Source: a bacterium
Lineage (GTDB): Bacteria; Patescibacteriota; Dojkabacteria; JAKAPS01; JAJZLI01
Assembly: GCA_021846685.1 (NCBI GenBank)
Contig: JAJZWL010000002.1
Span: 9,321-73,320 of the forward strand
Direction of reading: 5' to 3'
DNA length: 64,000 nucleotides
Below, in pieces: positions 1 to 9,306 of this stretch (positions within the stretch are counted from its first letter, which is position 1; the number at the start of each line of letters is the position of its first letter). The notes beneath the pieces were generated by a model. It saw only the letters and a program-made list of their open reading frames with translations. It was not told the origin of the DNA and made no database searches. Both the position numbers and the translations under genes were made by a program.

Positions 1-2
1 TT

Positions 3-503
3 ATGACGGCTGCAGGAGCAACCCTGTATAAAGAACATATTAATATACTTAATTCTAGATATCCAGCAATAGCAACAGCATCTGTACTAAGACCTCTGGC
101 AGGGGTTGTAACTGAGCAATTATTTGCTATAGGAATAATATCAGCAGGTCTAATTGCAATTCCTGTATTAGCAATTTCTTCTTCATATGCATTAACTGAG
201 CTTACCCAGCATAGGAGCTTTCTTACTCATAAGTTCAAAGAGAGGAAATTATTTTATTACATTATAGTAATATCCCTTTTATCTGGATTTGTTTTTTCAA
301 TATTTAAGGTTAATACTATTGATGCACTGTACTATTCTCAAGTATTAGATGGTATACTAACTCCTATAATAGTTGTATTTATAATAATAATTGCAAACAA
401 TAAAAGACTAATGGGGGGGAATACAAATAAACTATTTGATAATTTTTTTGCCATACTATCTTTAATAATAATGGTAGGAGCAAGTCTTCTAATTTTTCTA
501 TAA
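3..503 (+). CDS. C-terminal fragment (5' end outside the window) of a polytopic membrane transporter; C-terminus resembles NRAMP/MntH divalent-metal transporters
   Basis: ORF open to the window edge; hydrophobic TM segments; C-terminal '...NNKRLMGG...' followed by a final TM helix resembles the MntH C-terminus '...SDSKLMGD...'. By-eye similarity only. Confidence 0.45.
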   Translation: MTAAGATLYKEHINILNSRYPAIATASVLRPLAGVVTEQLFAIGIISAGLIAIPVLAISSSYALTELTQHRSFLTHKFKERKLFYYIIVISLLSGFVFSIFKVNTIDALYYSQVLDGILTPIIVVFIIIIANNKRLMGGNTNKLFDNFFAILSLIIMVGASLLIFL

Positions 504-507
504 AATA

Positions 508-750
508 ATGAAAGAAATAAGAAAACCTTTTTTAAAAATTATAAAGTTATATCAAAAAACAATATCCCCTGATCATGGAATCTTTAAATCAAAATTTCCA
601 CAAGGTTATTGCAGATATAACCCCACATGTTCTGAATATACCTATCAAGCAATAGAAAAATATGGAGTCATAAAAGGCTCTGTTATGGGATCATATAGGA
701 TATTACGATGTAACCCATTTTCTAAGGGTGGAGAAGATCCTGTTAAATAA
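508..750 (+). CDS. yidD: Membrane protein insertion efficiency factor YidD
   Basis: 80 aa with the YidD/DUF37 signature [10 protein letters not shown] ... [13 protein letters not shown]. Confidence 0.8.
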   Translation: MKEIRKPFLKIIKLYQKTISPDHGIFKSKFPQGYCRYNPTCSEYTYQAIEKYGVIKGSVMGSYRILRCNPFSKGGEDPVK

Positions 751-767
751 AGATATAAGAACTTCAT

Positions 768-796
768 TTGACAAAAACTAAATTTAAGAATATATT
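768..796 (+). promoter_or_regulatory. Sigma70-like promoter candidate upstream of the RNR gene (TTGACA-N17-TATATT)
   Basis: TTGACA at 768-773, 17-nt spacer, TATATT at 791-796, about 33 nt before the ATG at 830. Confidence 0.3.
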
Positions 797-829
797 TTCA
801 TTACTAAAATTAGTCCAACTCATAATCCT

Positions 830-3073
830 ATGATTAAAAAAATAATCAAGAGGGGTGGTGCTTTTGTGCCATTCGATTCAACTAAAATCACTAATGCAAT
901 AAAAAAAGCAGGAGAAGCTGCACTAGAAAATTTTTCACAAGAAGATGCTGAAAAAATATCAAAAAAAGTACTCGAAATACTTAAAAGAAAATATGATAAT
1001 AAAACCCCTAATGTAGAACAAATACAAGATGTAGTTGAGATCACTTTAATGGCACAGAATGAAGAGAAATTTCATCTGATAGCAAAAGCTTATATTTTAT
1101 ACAGAGAAGAACACTCAAGGATTAGAAATACACAAGAAGTCATAATGGAAGGCTATACTACTAATTTACCATTCACAGAAAATGCACTAAGAGTTGTAGC
1201 TGGAAGATATCTAAAGAGAGATGGTAAAACTGGTAAAATTATAGAATCTCCAGAAGATATGCTTAATAGAGTTTCTAAATCTTTGGCAGAAGTAGAAAAA
1301 ATTTATAACAAAGACAAAGATAGTATCAAAAAAATTGAAGAAGAGTTTAGAAGTATACTCTATAGTTTAGAATTCACACCAGCAGGTAGAACTATTACTA
1401 ATGCAGGATCAGATACTAAACTTGTAGCAAACTGTATAGTACTCCATATTGAGGATAGTATGGACGGTATTTTTGAAACTTTAAAAGATGCAGCTCTTTT
1501 ACAACAATCAGGATCAGGATTAGGATTCCCATTTCATCTTTTAAGACCAGCAGGAATGAGAACTTTAAGAACTAAAGGATCAGCTTCAGGGCCTGTATCA
1601 TTCCTAAAGGTTTACAATGAAGCATTTGGAGTTATTAAACAGCAAGGGAGACATGGAGCTAATATGGCAGTTATGTCAGTTGAACACCCTGATATATTGG
1701 ATTTCATAAATGCAAAAAGAGTGGAGGGAGAAATAAAAACTTTTAATATATCTGTAGGAATAACTGATAAATTTATGAAAGAAGTAATTTCAAATACAAA
1801 TAAACCTTGGATATGTGAATTTGGAGGAGAAAAAATGAAACCAAGAACTATAGTAAGAGATCAATATGGGGAAGTTGTCGATATAAAAGAATCTACATTA
1901 ACGGCAAGAGAAGTATTTGAAGAAATTGTATCTGCAGCTTGGAGTAATGGAGAACCTGGAATTGTTTTCTTAGATGAAGTTAATAGAAAGAATCCAGTAC
2001 CTGAACTAGGGAGAATTGAAGCTTGCAATCCTTGTGGAGAACAGTTCCTACAAGATGGAGATGTATGTAACTTAGGGTCTATAAATCTAGAAAAATTTGT
2101 TAAAAATGGTAAATTAGATGAAAAAAGACTAAAAGAAGTTACTAGAATAGCAACAAGAATGCTCGATAATGTTATTGATATCTCTGAATACCCAGTAGAG
2201 AGAATTAACAAAGTATTTAGAGGAAACAGGAGGATAGGATTGGGAATAATGGGTTTTGCAGATTTACTATATCTTTTAAAAATAAGATATGACTCTGAAG
2301 AAGGTTTTAAAATGGCTTCTAAAGTAATGAAATTAATTAATGAGGAAGCTCACTTAATGTCTCAAGAACTAGCAAAGGAAAAAGGACTTTTCCCCAACTA
2401 TGACCTTTCAATCTATAAAAAAGATAATATAAAAATGAGAAATGCTGCATTAACTACAGTAGCACCCACAGGATCTATATCTATGATGTATGATGTATCC
2501 TCAGGAGTAGAGCCTTACTTTGCTTTATCCTACTACAAAGAGGTCATGGGGGGACAAAAACTTTATTATACTAATAAACATTTAGAAAAAGCCCTCAAAG
2601 ATAGAGGTATCTATTCTGATGAATTAATCTTAGAAATATCAAAAGAAGGCAGTTTACAAAATATCAAAGAAATTCCAAAGGATATAAAAGATACTTTCGT
2701 AGTAGCAATGGATATATCTGCCGAAAATCATATTAAAATGCAAGCTGCTTTCCAAAAATATACTGATAATGCTATATCTAAAACCTGTAATTTCCCTAAT
2801 ACAGCAACAAAAGATGATGTCATGAATGGATATATTTTGGCATGGAAATTAAAGTGTAAAGGATGTACAGTATACAGAGATGGATCAAGAGATTTACAAG
2901 TATTAAATTTGCTAAAAGACTCAACAGAAGAAAATAAAAGCAAAACAAAGAATATACTCTCAAAAAATGCCTCTGAAAAAACAAATCTGTGCCCCGAATG
3001 CTATTCGAAAATGGAATTGAAAGAAGGTTGTGCTACTTGTCCTAATTGTGCATACTCATATTGCTCAGTATAA
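830..3073 (+). CDS. nrdJ: Ribonucleotide reductase large subunit, class II (adenosylcobalamin-dependent, NrdJ-like) with an N-terminal ATP-cone and a C-terminal Cys-rich zinc ribbon
   Basis: ATP-cone motif (KRGGAFVPFDSTKITNAIKKA), NPCGEQ active-site motif, C-terminal CPEC...CATCPNC. No NrdB-like gene nearby, and a cob(I)alamin adenosyltransferase lies directly downstream. RNR identity is high; the class II assignment is inference. Confidence 0.8.
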   Translation: MIKKIIKRGGAFVPFDSTKITNAIKKAGEAALENFSQEDAEKISKKVLEILKRKYDNKTPNVEQIQDVVEITLMAQNEEKFHLIAKAYILYREEHSRIRNTQEVIMEGYTTNLPFTENALRVVAGRYLKRDGKTGKIIESPEDMLNRVSKSLAEVEKIYNKDKDSIKKIEEEFRSILYSLEFTPAGRTITNAGSDTKLVANCIVLHIEDSMDGIFETLKDAALLQQSGSGLGFPFHLLRPAGMRTLRTKGSASGPVSFLKVYNEAFGVIKQQGRHGANMAVMSVEHPDILDFINAKRVEGEIKTFNISVGITDKFMKEVISNTNKPWICEFGGEKMKPRTIVRDQYGEVVDIKESTLTAREVFEEIVSAAWSNGEPGIVFLDEVNRKNPVPELGRIEACNPCGEQFLQDGDVCNLGSINLEKFVKNGKLDEKRLKEVTRIATRMLDNVIDISEYPVERINKVFRGNRRIGLGIMGFADLLYLLKIRYDSEEGFKMASKVMKLINEEAHLMSQELAKEKGLFPNYDLSIYKKDNIKMRNAALTTVAPTGSISMMYDVSSGVEPYFALSYYKEVMGGQKLYYTNKHLEKALKDRGIYSDELILEISKEGSLQNIKEIPKDIKDTFVVAMDISAENHIKMQAAFQKYTDNAISKTCNFPNTATKDDVMNGYILAWKLKCKGCTVYRDGSRDLQVLNLLKDSTEENKSKTKNILSKNASEKTNLCPECYSKMELKEGCATCPNCAYSYCSV

Positions 3074-3080
3074 GTAACTA

Positions 3081-3617
3081 ATGAAAAGAGGAGACGGACT
3101 TATATTAGTAAATACAGGTGGAGGAAAAGGAAAAACAACAGCTGCACTAGGAATTGCACTCAGAGCAACTGGTTATGATTTACATGGAGTAATGATTCAA
3201 TTCATAAAGGGCTCTTGGTTTTATGGAGAAAAAAAAAGTTTTGAAAATTTAAATCCAAATTTTAAATTAATTACTCATGGAAAAGGATTCGTTGGTATCA
3301 TAGATGATAAGCTTCCATTTGAGGAACATAAAAAAATTGCTCAAGAAGCAGTTGAAATTGCTAAAAAAGAAGTTCAAAATAAGAAAAATGATATAGTAAT
3401 ACTAGATGAGATTAATTATGCTGCACATGGAAAACTTATAAGCGTAAAAGATATTCTAGATATAATAAAAATTAAAAATAAATCACTAGATTTAATACTA
3501 ACCGGGAATTATGCTCATAGCTCAGTAATAGCACTGGCAGACACAGTCACTGAAATGAAGGAAATAAAACATGCATATAATAAAGGGAAATTAGCAAAAA
3601 TAGGGATAGATTTTTAA
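3081..3617 (+). CDS. cobO: Cob(I)alamin/cob(I)yrinic acid a,c-diamide adenosyltransferase (CobO/BtuR/CobA family)
   Basis: P-loop GGGKGKTTAALG, QFIKG motif, C-terminal LADTV.E...KHA...G.....GIDF matching E. coli BtuR. Confidence 0.85.
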   Translation: MKRGDGLILVNTGGGKGKTTAALGIALRATGYDLHGVMIQFIKGSWFYGEKKSFENLNPNFKLITHGKGFVGIIDDKLPFEEHKKIAQEAVEIAKKEVQNKKNDIVILDEINYAAHGKLISVKDILDIIKIKNKSLDLILTGNYAHSSVIALADTVTEMKEIKHAYNKGKLAKIGIDF

Positions 3618-3657
3618 GATTTGTGATATAATTTTATTTAATTTATAAAAATCATAA

Positions 3658-4191
3658 GTGGATATAAATAGTAGAGTAATAATTAAAGGAGATATAAATT
3701 ATAACTTAATTTCACGATTAATCAGAAATAAGGATATTTATGGATATATTAATACATCTAATTCAACAGGAGAGTTGGAAGGAGACAATACTCTTTTAAC
3801 AGAAATGTTAGAAAAACATAATAATAATTTTTTTTCAAAAAAACAAATATCTCTTACGAAAATTAAATATATAGGAGATTTAAAAGAATTTAATATTGTA
3901 AAAGATAAATCTCAATTTAGAATTAAAATATATATAAAAATCTATGGATTATTTCAGAATTCATCATTTGAAACAATAATAAAAAGATATGCAGATAAAC
4001 TAGAGATCTATGGATGGATAAAAAGAACAGAGGATGGATATATGGATTCCAAAATGGAAGGACCTTATGATAATATATATAATATAATAAATTTAATATC
4101 TCAAGGACTTCCTAAAACAAATATAGAAAATATTTATTTAGAATACCTTGAGAATCCTAATGAATTTAAAAAATTTGAAGTTATAAAATGA
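3658..4191 (+). CDS. Hypothetical protein with two tandem, degenerate acylphosphatase-like (ferredoxin-like) repeats; GTG start
   Basis: The second half (IKIYGLFQNSSFETIIKRYADKLEIYGWIKRTEDGYMDSKMEG...EFKKFEVIK) follows the acylphosphatase pattern V.G.VQGV.FR...A..L.L.GWV.N..DG.V...G...F.I. The first half follows a weaker version. Stop overlaps the next gene (ATGA). Confidence 0.35.
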   Translation: MDINSRVIIKGDINYNLISRLIRNKDIYGYINTSNSTGELEGDNTLLTEMLEKHNNNFFSKKQISLTKIKYIGDLKEFNIVKDKSQFRIKIYIKIYGLFQNSSFETIIKRYADKLEIYGWIKRTEDGYMDSKMEGPYDNIYNIINLISQGLPKTNIENIYLEYLENPNEFKKFEVIK

Positions 4192-5657
4192 AAAAACTTA
4201 TAGAATACATATTTCCTAAAAAAAGTTATTATCTATCAGCCTTATTAGTAAGCATACTATTGTTATTAATATCAATAAAGATTTTTCTCATACCTCATAA
4301 TTTAATTCCTTTGATATTTGTATTGATAATAGGATTAGTAATATCCACTATAGCTATTATTAAAAATCCTTCTATTGGAGTCTTAATAACCCTTGCAATT
4401 ATGCCTTTTGAAAATATAGGAGGATTTTACTTCCATTCAATACATATTCGATTTGATCAAATAATAATAGGAATCACTGCAATATCATTTATTATATCTT
4501 CACTTGTAAAAAAAGATTTTAAAATTAAAAAAGACCCAACATTACTTATAATATTAGCTTTAATCATTGCGAATATTTTATCTCTAACAAATGCCCTAAA
4601 TATGACAAGAGATATAGAAATTTTCCTATTTACGCTAATCACTTACATAATATATTATGCAATTCCTTTAAACTTTTTTGATACAAAATATATTAAATAT
4701 ATTCCAAATATATTACTTACTATTACTATATTATTATCCCTATTTGGACTATATCAATATTTTGGAAATATACTAAATCTTCCAGGATCTGTATTGGGAC
4801 TAAGAGCCCCTTATGTAAAAGATGTGCTCGGTTATCCAAGAATACAAGCAACCGAAGTAGAACCTCTGTATTATGGAACATATTTGATATTTACAGTAAC
4901 CCTAAGTATTGGCCTTTTAATTTTTAATAAAGGAAAAAATATATTAAAAGAGAATGAGATTTTACTAGCATGGGGAGCATTAATATTGGGAGGTATAAAT
5001 TTAATACTAACTTATGCTAGAGGAGCATGGATAGGAGAAATGTTTGCTCTCCTAATATTATTTATAATATTTTTAATAGAATATAAAATAAAAAGAAATA
5101 TTATATATATGGGCATTATAGCTATAGTTATTGTATCAATAGGGACTTTCGGATTATACAGAATACATAAATTACCGAATTTCGCCAATAAAATAATTGC
5201 CAGAGCTACTAATTTACAATCTCCAGATAGAACATTTTTAGATAATAATGCACTTCAAGCATTTGCAAATAATCCTATTGTAGGAATAGGTACTGGAGGA
5301 TTTGGCCCATATATGGCAATTAATCCATTTATCACACCTCCTCAGAATTTTGGACAAATAGAGGGATATGGTTGGGCTATAGTAAATAATGAATATCTAG
5401 AAATATTAACAGAGACAGGGATTGTGGGCTTTGCACTCTTTGCTTTTTTCTTCTATACCATTTTTAAAAATTTTATAAAAGCATATAGAAAGAAAAGTAC
5501 TAAAAATACTTTTGAAAAAATTATTTTAATATCTACATTTGCAGGATTGTGTGGAATACTACTACAATATTTAACTTTTTCCACACTGTACATACTACAA
5601 ATATGGATGGTGATAGTATTACTTGAAATATTATCTTTTAAAATAATTAATGATTAA
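4188..5657 (+). CDS. O-antigen ligase/polymerase-like (Wzy_C domain) polytopic membrane protein
   Basis: About 10 TM helices; 'LTYARGAWIGEMFALLILF' Wzy_C-type motif; sits in a glycosyltransferase cluster. Confidence 0.6.
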   Translation: MKKLIEYIFPKKSYYLSALLVSILLLLISIKIFLIPHNLIPLIFVLIIGLVISTIAIIKNPSIGVLITLAIMPFENIGGFYFHSIHIRFDQIIIGITAISFIISSLVKKDFKIKKDPTLLIILALIIANILSLTNALNMTRDIEIFLFTLITYIIYYAIPLNFFDTKYIKYIPNILLTITILLSLFGLYQYFGNILNLPGSVLGLRAPYVKDVLGYPRIQATEVEPLYYGTYLIFTVTLSIGLLIFNKGKNILKENEILLAWGALILGGINLILTYARGAWIGEMFALLILFIIFLIEYKIKRNIIYMGIIAIVIVSIGTFGLYRIHKLPNFANKIIARATNLQSPDRTFLDNNALQAFANNPIVGIGTGGFGPYMAINPFITPPQNFGQIEGYGWAIVNNEYLEILTETGIVGFALFAFFFYTIFKNFIKAYRKKSTKNTFEKIILISTFAGLCGILLQYLTFSTLYILQIWMVIVLLEILSFKIIND

Positions 5658-7065
5658 TAAAATCCGAACAAACACAATATGGTTACTTTTTTCACAAAGT
5701 ATATCCATAATAGTATCTTTAGGTTTGTCTCTAATACTGGCAAGACATCTAGGACCAAGAGATAATGGGATTTATAATTATGCTAATTCAATTGTAGGTA
5801 TATTCGCTATTTTTGTAGATTTCGGAATGTCGACTGTCTTAATCAGAGATATAGCTAGAAATACTAATTTAGTTAAAAAGTATTTAGATAATTTAATATC
5901 ATTAAAAATTATAATAGGGACTGTCATACTGTTATTAATTGTAATAACCTCATTTTTTATAAAAAAATATGACAATATCACATATATAATGATCTTTTTA
6001 GGACTATATAATATAATGTCCGGTTTTTATCTTCTCTTTACAGGAGTATTTAGATCTCATAATAAAATGGTGTATGAATCATTTGATACAGTTATCATAA
6101 AGGTACTTCTTTTAATCTTCGGAGTAATTGCTCTTTACTATTATAAAAGTCTACTCATATACTCAATGGTACTCTTCTCAACAATGCTGATAGGAATTTT
6201 GATTTCAGTATTGATAATAAGAAAATATTTTTCAAAATTTAGTTTTTCTATAAATAAAGAGTTTTGGATATATATGCTCAAAGAAATATGGCCCTATGGA
6301 TTAAGCTCTATTATTGTGACTGTTTACTTTACAATAGATCAAATCATATTAGGAAGTTTAAAACCAATTACTCAAGTAGGTTATTATGCATTAGCTAGAT
6401 CTGCAACAGGAGTGGTTTTATCATTAATAGGAATTCTCATAGGGGTAGTATTCCCGTCCTTATCAATGCTCTACAAAAAAGATATATCAGCTTTTACGGA
6501 ACTACTAAACAATGCTATTAAATTAATGTCTATTTTACTTATAATATTTATTGTTGAGATGCTTATAAACTCCAAAGGTTATGTTCTTTCTATTTTTGGA
6601 AACAAATATTACAATTCTATATTACCCTTACAAATACTCTCAGTTACAACAGGAATTATATTTATAAATGCACTAATAGGAAATGCATTTGGAGCAATAG
6701 ATAGACAAAAAGATTTACTCTTAGGACTTTTTCTCTCCATGGTCATTAATGTAGGTTTAAATTTTCTATTCATACCTTACTATGGCGCAGTTGGAGCAGC
6801 TAGTGCATCAATTTTTACTGAACTGTTTATAGGAATATACTCTTATACTATACTCAAAAAGGATTTCAAGATAAATTTAATAAAATATTTAAAGATTCCT
6901 GTTCTTGCAGGAATAGTTTCAATGGTGGTAATGTTATTGCTATCACAATATAATGTATACTTAATATCTATAATCGGATTAATGATATATTTCTTAATAT
7001 TAGTATTATCAAAAGAAATAAGTATAGAATTTATAAAGGAAAATTTAAAATTTAGAAACATCTAG
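5650..7065 (+). CDS. Polysaccharide biosynthesis protein, MOP-superfamily flippase (Wzx-like)
   Basis: 471 aa with about 12-14 TM helices; N-terminus typical of Wzx/PST proteins (LILARHLGPRDNGIYNYANSIVGIFAIFVDFGMSTVLIRDIARN). Confidence 0.65.
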   Translation: MINKIRTNTIWLLFSQSISIIVSLGLSLILARHLGPRDNGIYNYANSIVGIFAIFVDFGMSTVLIRDIARNTNLVKKYLDNLISLKIIIGTVILLLIVITSFFIKKYDNITYIMIFLGLYNIMSGFYLLFTGVFRSHNKMVYESFDTVIIKVLLLIFGVIALYYYKSLLIYSMVLFSTMLIGILISVLIIRKYFSKFSFSINKEFWIYMLKEIWPYGLSSIIVTVYFTIDQIILGSLKPITQVGYYALARSATGVVLSLIGILIGVVFPSLSMLYKKDISAFTELLNNAIKLMSILLIIFIVEMLINSKGYVLSIFGNKYYNSILPLQILSVTTGIIFINALIGNAFGAIDRQKDLLLGLFLSMVINVGLNFLFIPYYGAVGAASASIFTELFIGIYSYTILKKDFKINLIKYLKIPVLAGIVSMVVMLLLSQYNVYLISIIGLMIYFLILVLSKEISIEFIKENLKFRNI

Positions 7066-7136
7066 ATATATAAAATATCCTTAACTAATAAGTTTAATTA
7101 TAGTATAATTCTTATTAATATAATAAAAATACACTT

Positions 7137-8252
7137 ATGAGAATAGCAATAGATGCCAGATTTGCAAATTTGAAAGTTGGAATAGGGAGAGTTGCCTATA
7201 ATCTTACTAAAGAAATTCTCCTGCTAGATGATGAGAATTATTACGTAATTCTTCTAGGGGAGAATGATCCTTTTGTTGATATTAAAAAAGATAATGTAAA
7301 AAAGATAAAAAATGCATTTTCAACAAGAAAAAAATTGTTTTGGCAATTTTTCTATCTACCATATATCTTAAAAAAAGAAAAAATAGATATATTTTTTTCA
7401 ACTGAAAATTTCATAATACCTCCATTTTTTAAAGGAAAAACTGTTGTCACAGTACATGATTTAATACCATTAGTATTTAAAGAATATCTTCAAGGAAAAA
7501 TCTCTCCATATAAACTAAAGGTATATATGACAAAATTATTTCCTCCTAAAAAAATAATGACCATTTCTAATTTTTCTAAAGAAGAAATCAAAAGAGTATT
7601 AAAAATAGCTGAAAAAGATATCTTTGTCATTAAAGAAAGTTTTGATAATAGATTGAAGAATATAAAAGAAGATATAAATATATTGCATCATTTAGAAATA
7701 AAAAAACCATATATATTAGGAATAGGAGGAATGGAACTTAGAAAAAATAATAAAGTTCTTATAGATGCTTTTATAGATATGATAGAGAATAATGGAGAGT
7801 TAAGACACTCACTTGTAATAGTTGGGCAAATTTATTCAAAAAAAATTCCTATGGATACAAGAGATATTCCAGAAAATCTTGCAGATAGAATTAAAATGAT
7901 TATAGAAGTTTCTGATGAAGAACTCTCTGTATTATATCAAAATGCTGATATATTCGTATATCCTACGATATATGAAGGATTCGGACTTCCCCCTTTAGAA
8001 TCATTTAAACATAAAACCCCCGTGATAACATCAAATATCACATCAATTCCTGAAGTAGTACAAGATGCTGCAATTCTTATAAATCCTTATAAAAAAGAAG
8101 AAATAGAAGAAGCTATGATAAAAATAATCAGAAGTAATGATTTAAAAGAACAATTAATTAAAAGGGGGACGTCTATTTTAAGAAACTATAATTGGAGTAA
8201 ATCAGCTGAAAAAGTAATCAAGGAATTTAAAAAAATATATGACCAAGAATAA
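7137..8252 (+). CDS. Glycosyltransferase family 4 (GT-B, retaining)
   Basis: EX7E motif 'EGFGLPPLESF'; length and layout of the GT4 RfaB/WcaL type. Confidence 0.8.
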   Translation: MRIAIDARFANLKVGIGRVAYNLTKEILLLDDENYYVILLGENDPFVDIKKDNVKKIKNAFSTRKKLFWQFFYLPYILKKEKIDIFFSTENFIIPPFFKGKTVVTVHDLIPLVFKEYLQGKISPYKLKVYMTKLFPPKKIMTISNFSKEEIKRVLKIAEKDIFVIKESFDNRLKNIKEDINILHHLEIKKPYILGIGGMELRKNNKVLIDAFIDMIENNGELRHSLVIVGQIYSKKIPMDTRDIPENLADRIKMIIEVSDEELSVLYQNADIFVYPTIYEGFGLPPLESFKHKTPVITSNITSIPEVVQDAAILINPYKKEEIEEAMIKIIRSNDLKEQLIKRGTSILRNYNWSKSAEKVIKEFKKIYDQE

Positions 8253-9306
8253 TCCAATATATATAATAACTGAGAATATAGGACAAGGACATAGATCTGT
8301 ATCAGAGGCATTAAAAGAATCTATTGAAGATGAATCTGGGACTAAGGTTGTTGTAATAGATTATTTTTCATTAATAGGGCAAGGTCTAGAAAAAAGTATG
8401 GGGAATATTTATGGTTATTTAATTTTAAATTTTCCATATTTGTATAAATTGATATATAGCCTCATCGATAGAGAAGATTCTTCTACATTAATGGATATGC
8501 TTATCGCACAAAGACTAAAAAATAAAATAGGGCCTAATATAAAAAATGCCATTTTAATAGCTACATTTCCAAATTCTACTATTGCATTATCTTTTATCAA
8601 AGCTCATCGACGTTATGCTGTAATTACTGACTATTACGCACATCAAGGTTGGATAACACAAAAAATAGATGGCTATTTTGTGGCTAATAAAGAAATAAAA
8701 TTACAATTAAAAAAGGCTGGCATAAATGAAAACACAATTCATATAACAGGTATTCCTATAAAAAAAGAATTTTATAAAAAAGTAAATAAACTTAATATAA
8801 AAAAACAGCTAGGTATAAATAATTCAAAAAAGGTTGTTCTCATTCTAGGAGGAGGCGATGGGGTTATTCCTGATGCAGAATATATTGTATCCTTATTTGA
8901 CAACAAAAATAATGTTATTATTATAACTGCTAAAAATTATAGTTTGAAAAAATCATTAGAAAAAAGAAATTTAAAAAATACAAAAATATTTGGATATGTT
9001 GATAATATGTATGAACTCATAAGTATAGCTGATTTGGCAATAACTAAAGCAGGGGGAATTTCATTAAGTGAACTTAATTTAAAAAGAATCCCTATAATAG
9101 TATATAAAACAATACCAGGACAAGAAACTGCTAATACAATATACTTTACAAAAAAACATGCATGTAAAGAAATAAATGATAAAAAAGAATTGAAAATTAC
9201 CGCAAATAAGATATTAAGTGGTAAAATGAAACTTAATGGTATAATAGTAGATACAAAAATACCTGCATTTAATAAAATTATTAATATAATTAACAAGGAT
9301 TTATGA
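8239..9306 (+). CDS. MGDG-synthase/UgtP-like diacylglycerol glycosyltransferase (GT28 family)
   Basis: N-terminal 'ENIGQGHRSVSEALKE' (MGDG_synth motif G-x-G-H); C-terminal Glyco_tran_28_C-like 'TKAGGISLSELNLKRIPIIV'. Confidence 0.6.
   Translation: MTKNNPIYIITENIGQGHRSVSEALKESIEDESGTKVVVIDYFSLIGQGLEKSMGNIYGYLILNFPYLYKLIYSLIDREDSSTLMDMLIAQRLKNKIGPNIKNAILIATFPNSTIALSFIKAHRRYAVITDYYAHQGWITQKIDGYFVANKEIKLQLKKAGINENTIHITGIPIKKEFYKKVNKLNIKKQLGINNSKKVVLILGGGDGVIPDAEYIVSLFDNKNNVIIITAKNYSLKKSLEKRNLKNTKIFGYVDNMYELISIADLAITKAGGISLSELNLKRIPIIVYKTIPGQETANTIYFTKKHACKEINDKKELKITANKILSGKMKLNGIIVDTKIPAFNKIINIINKDL

Noticed and set aside
751-829. Possible cobalamin riboswitch upstream of nrdJ
   Set aside because: The leader between the candidate promoter and the ATG is only about 35 nt, far too short for a B12 riboswitch aptamer (about 200 nt). 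No B12-box-like sequence was seen.
1861-2211. Antisense ORFs inside long genes (for example 820-1044, 1861-2211, 2728-2943, 4457-4642, 5778-5981, 6843-7061, 8415-8600, 8937-9296, 9827-10009, 10223-10456, 12107-12313, 14464-14709, 15475-15738, 15975-16184, 16710-17006, 17339-17698, 22368-22574, 23537-23897, 25306-25548, 26938-27144, 28678-28935, 30040-30420, 30449-30640, 33226-33483, 35609-35881, 43017-43241, 45991-46335, 51232-51486, 60049-60794, 63528-63782)
   Set aside because: Each is embedded in and antisense to (or out of frame with) a well-supported conserved gene. They have low-complexity composition and no recognisable motifs, and are typical shadow ORFs of an AT-rich genome.
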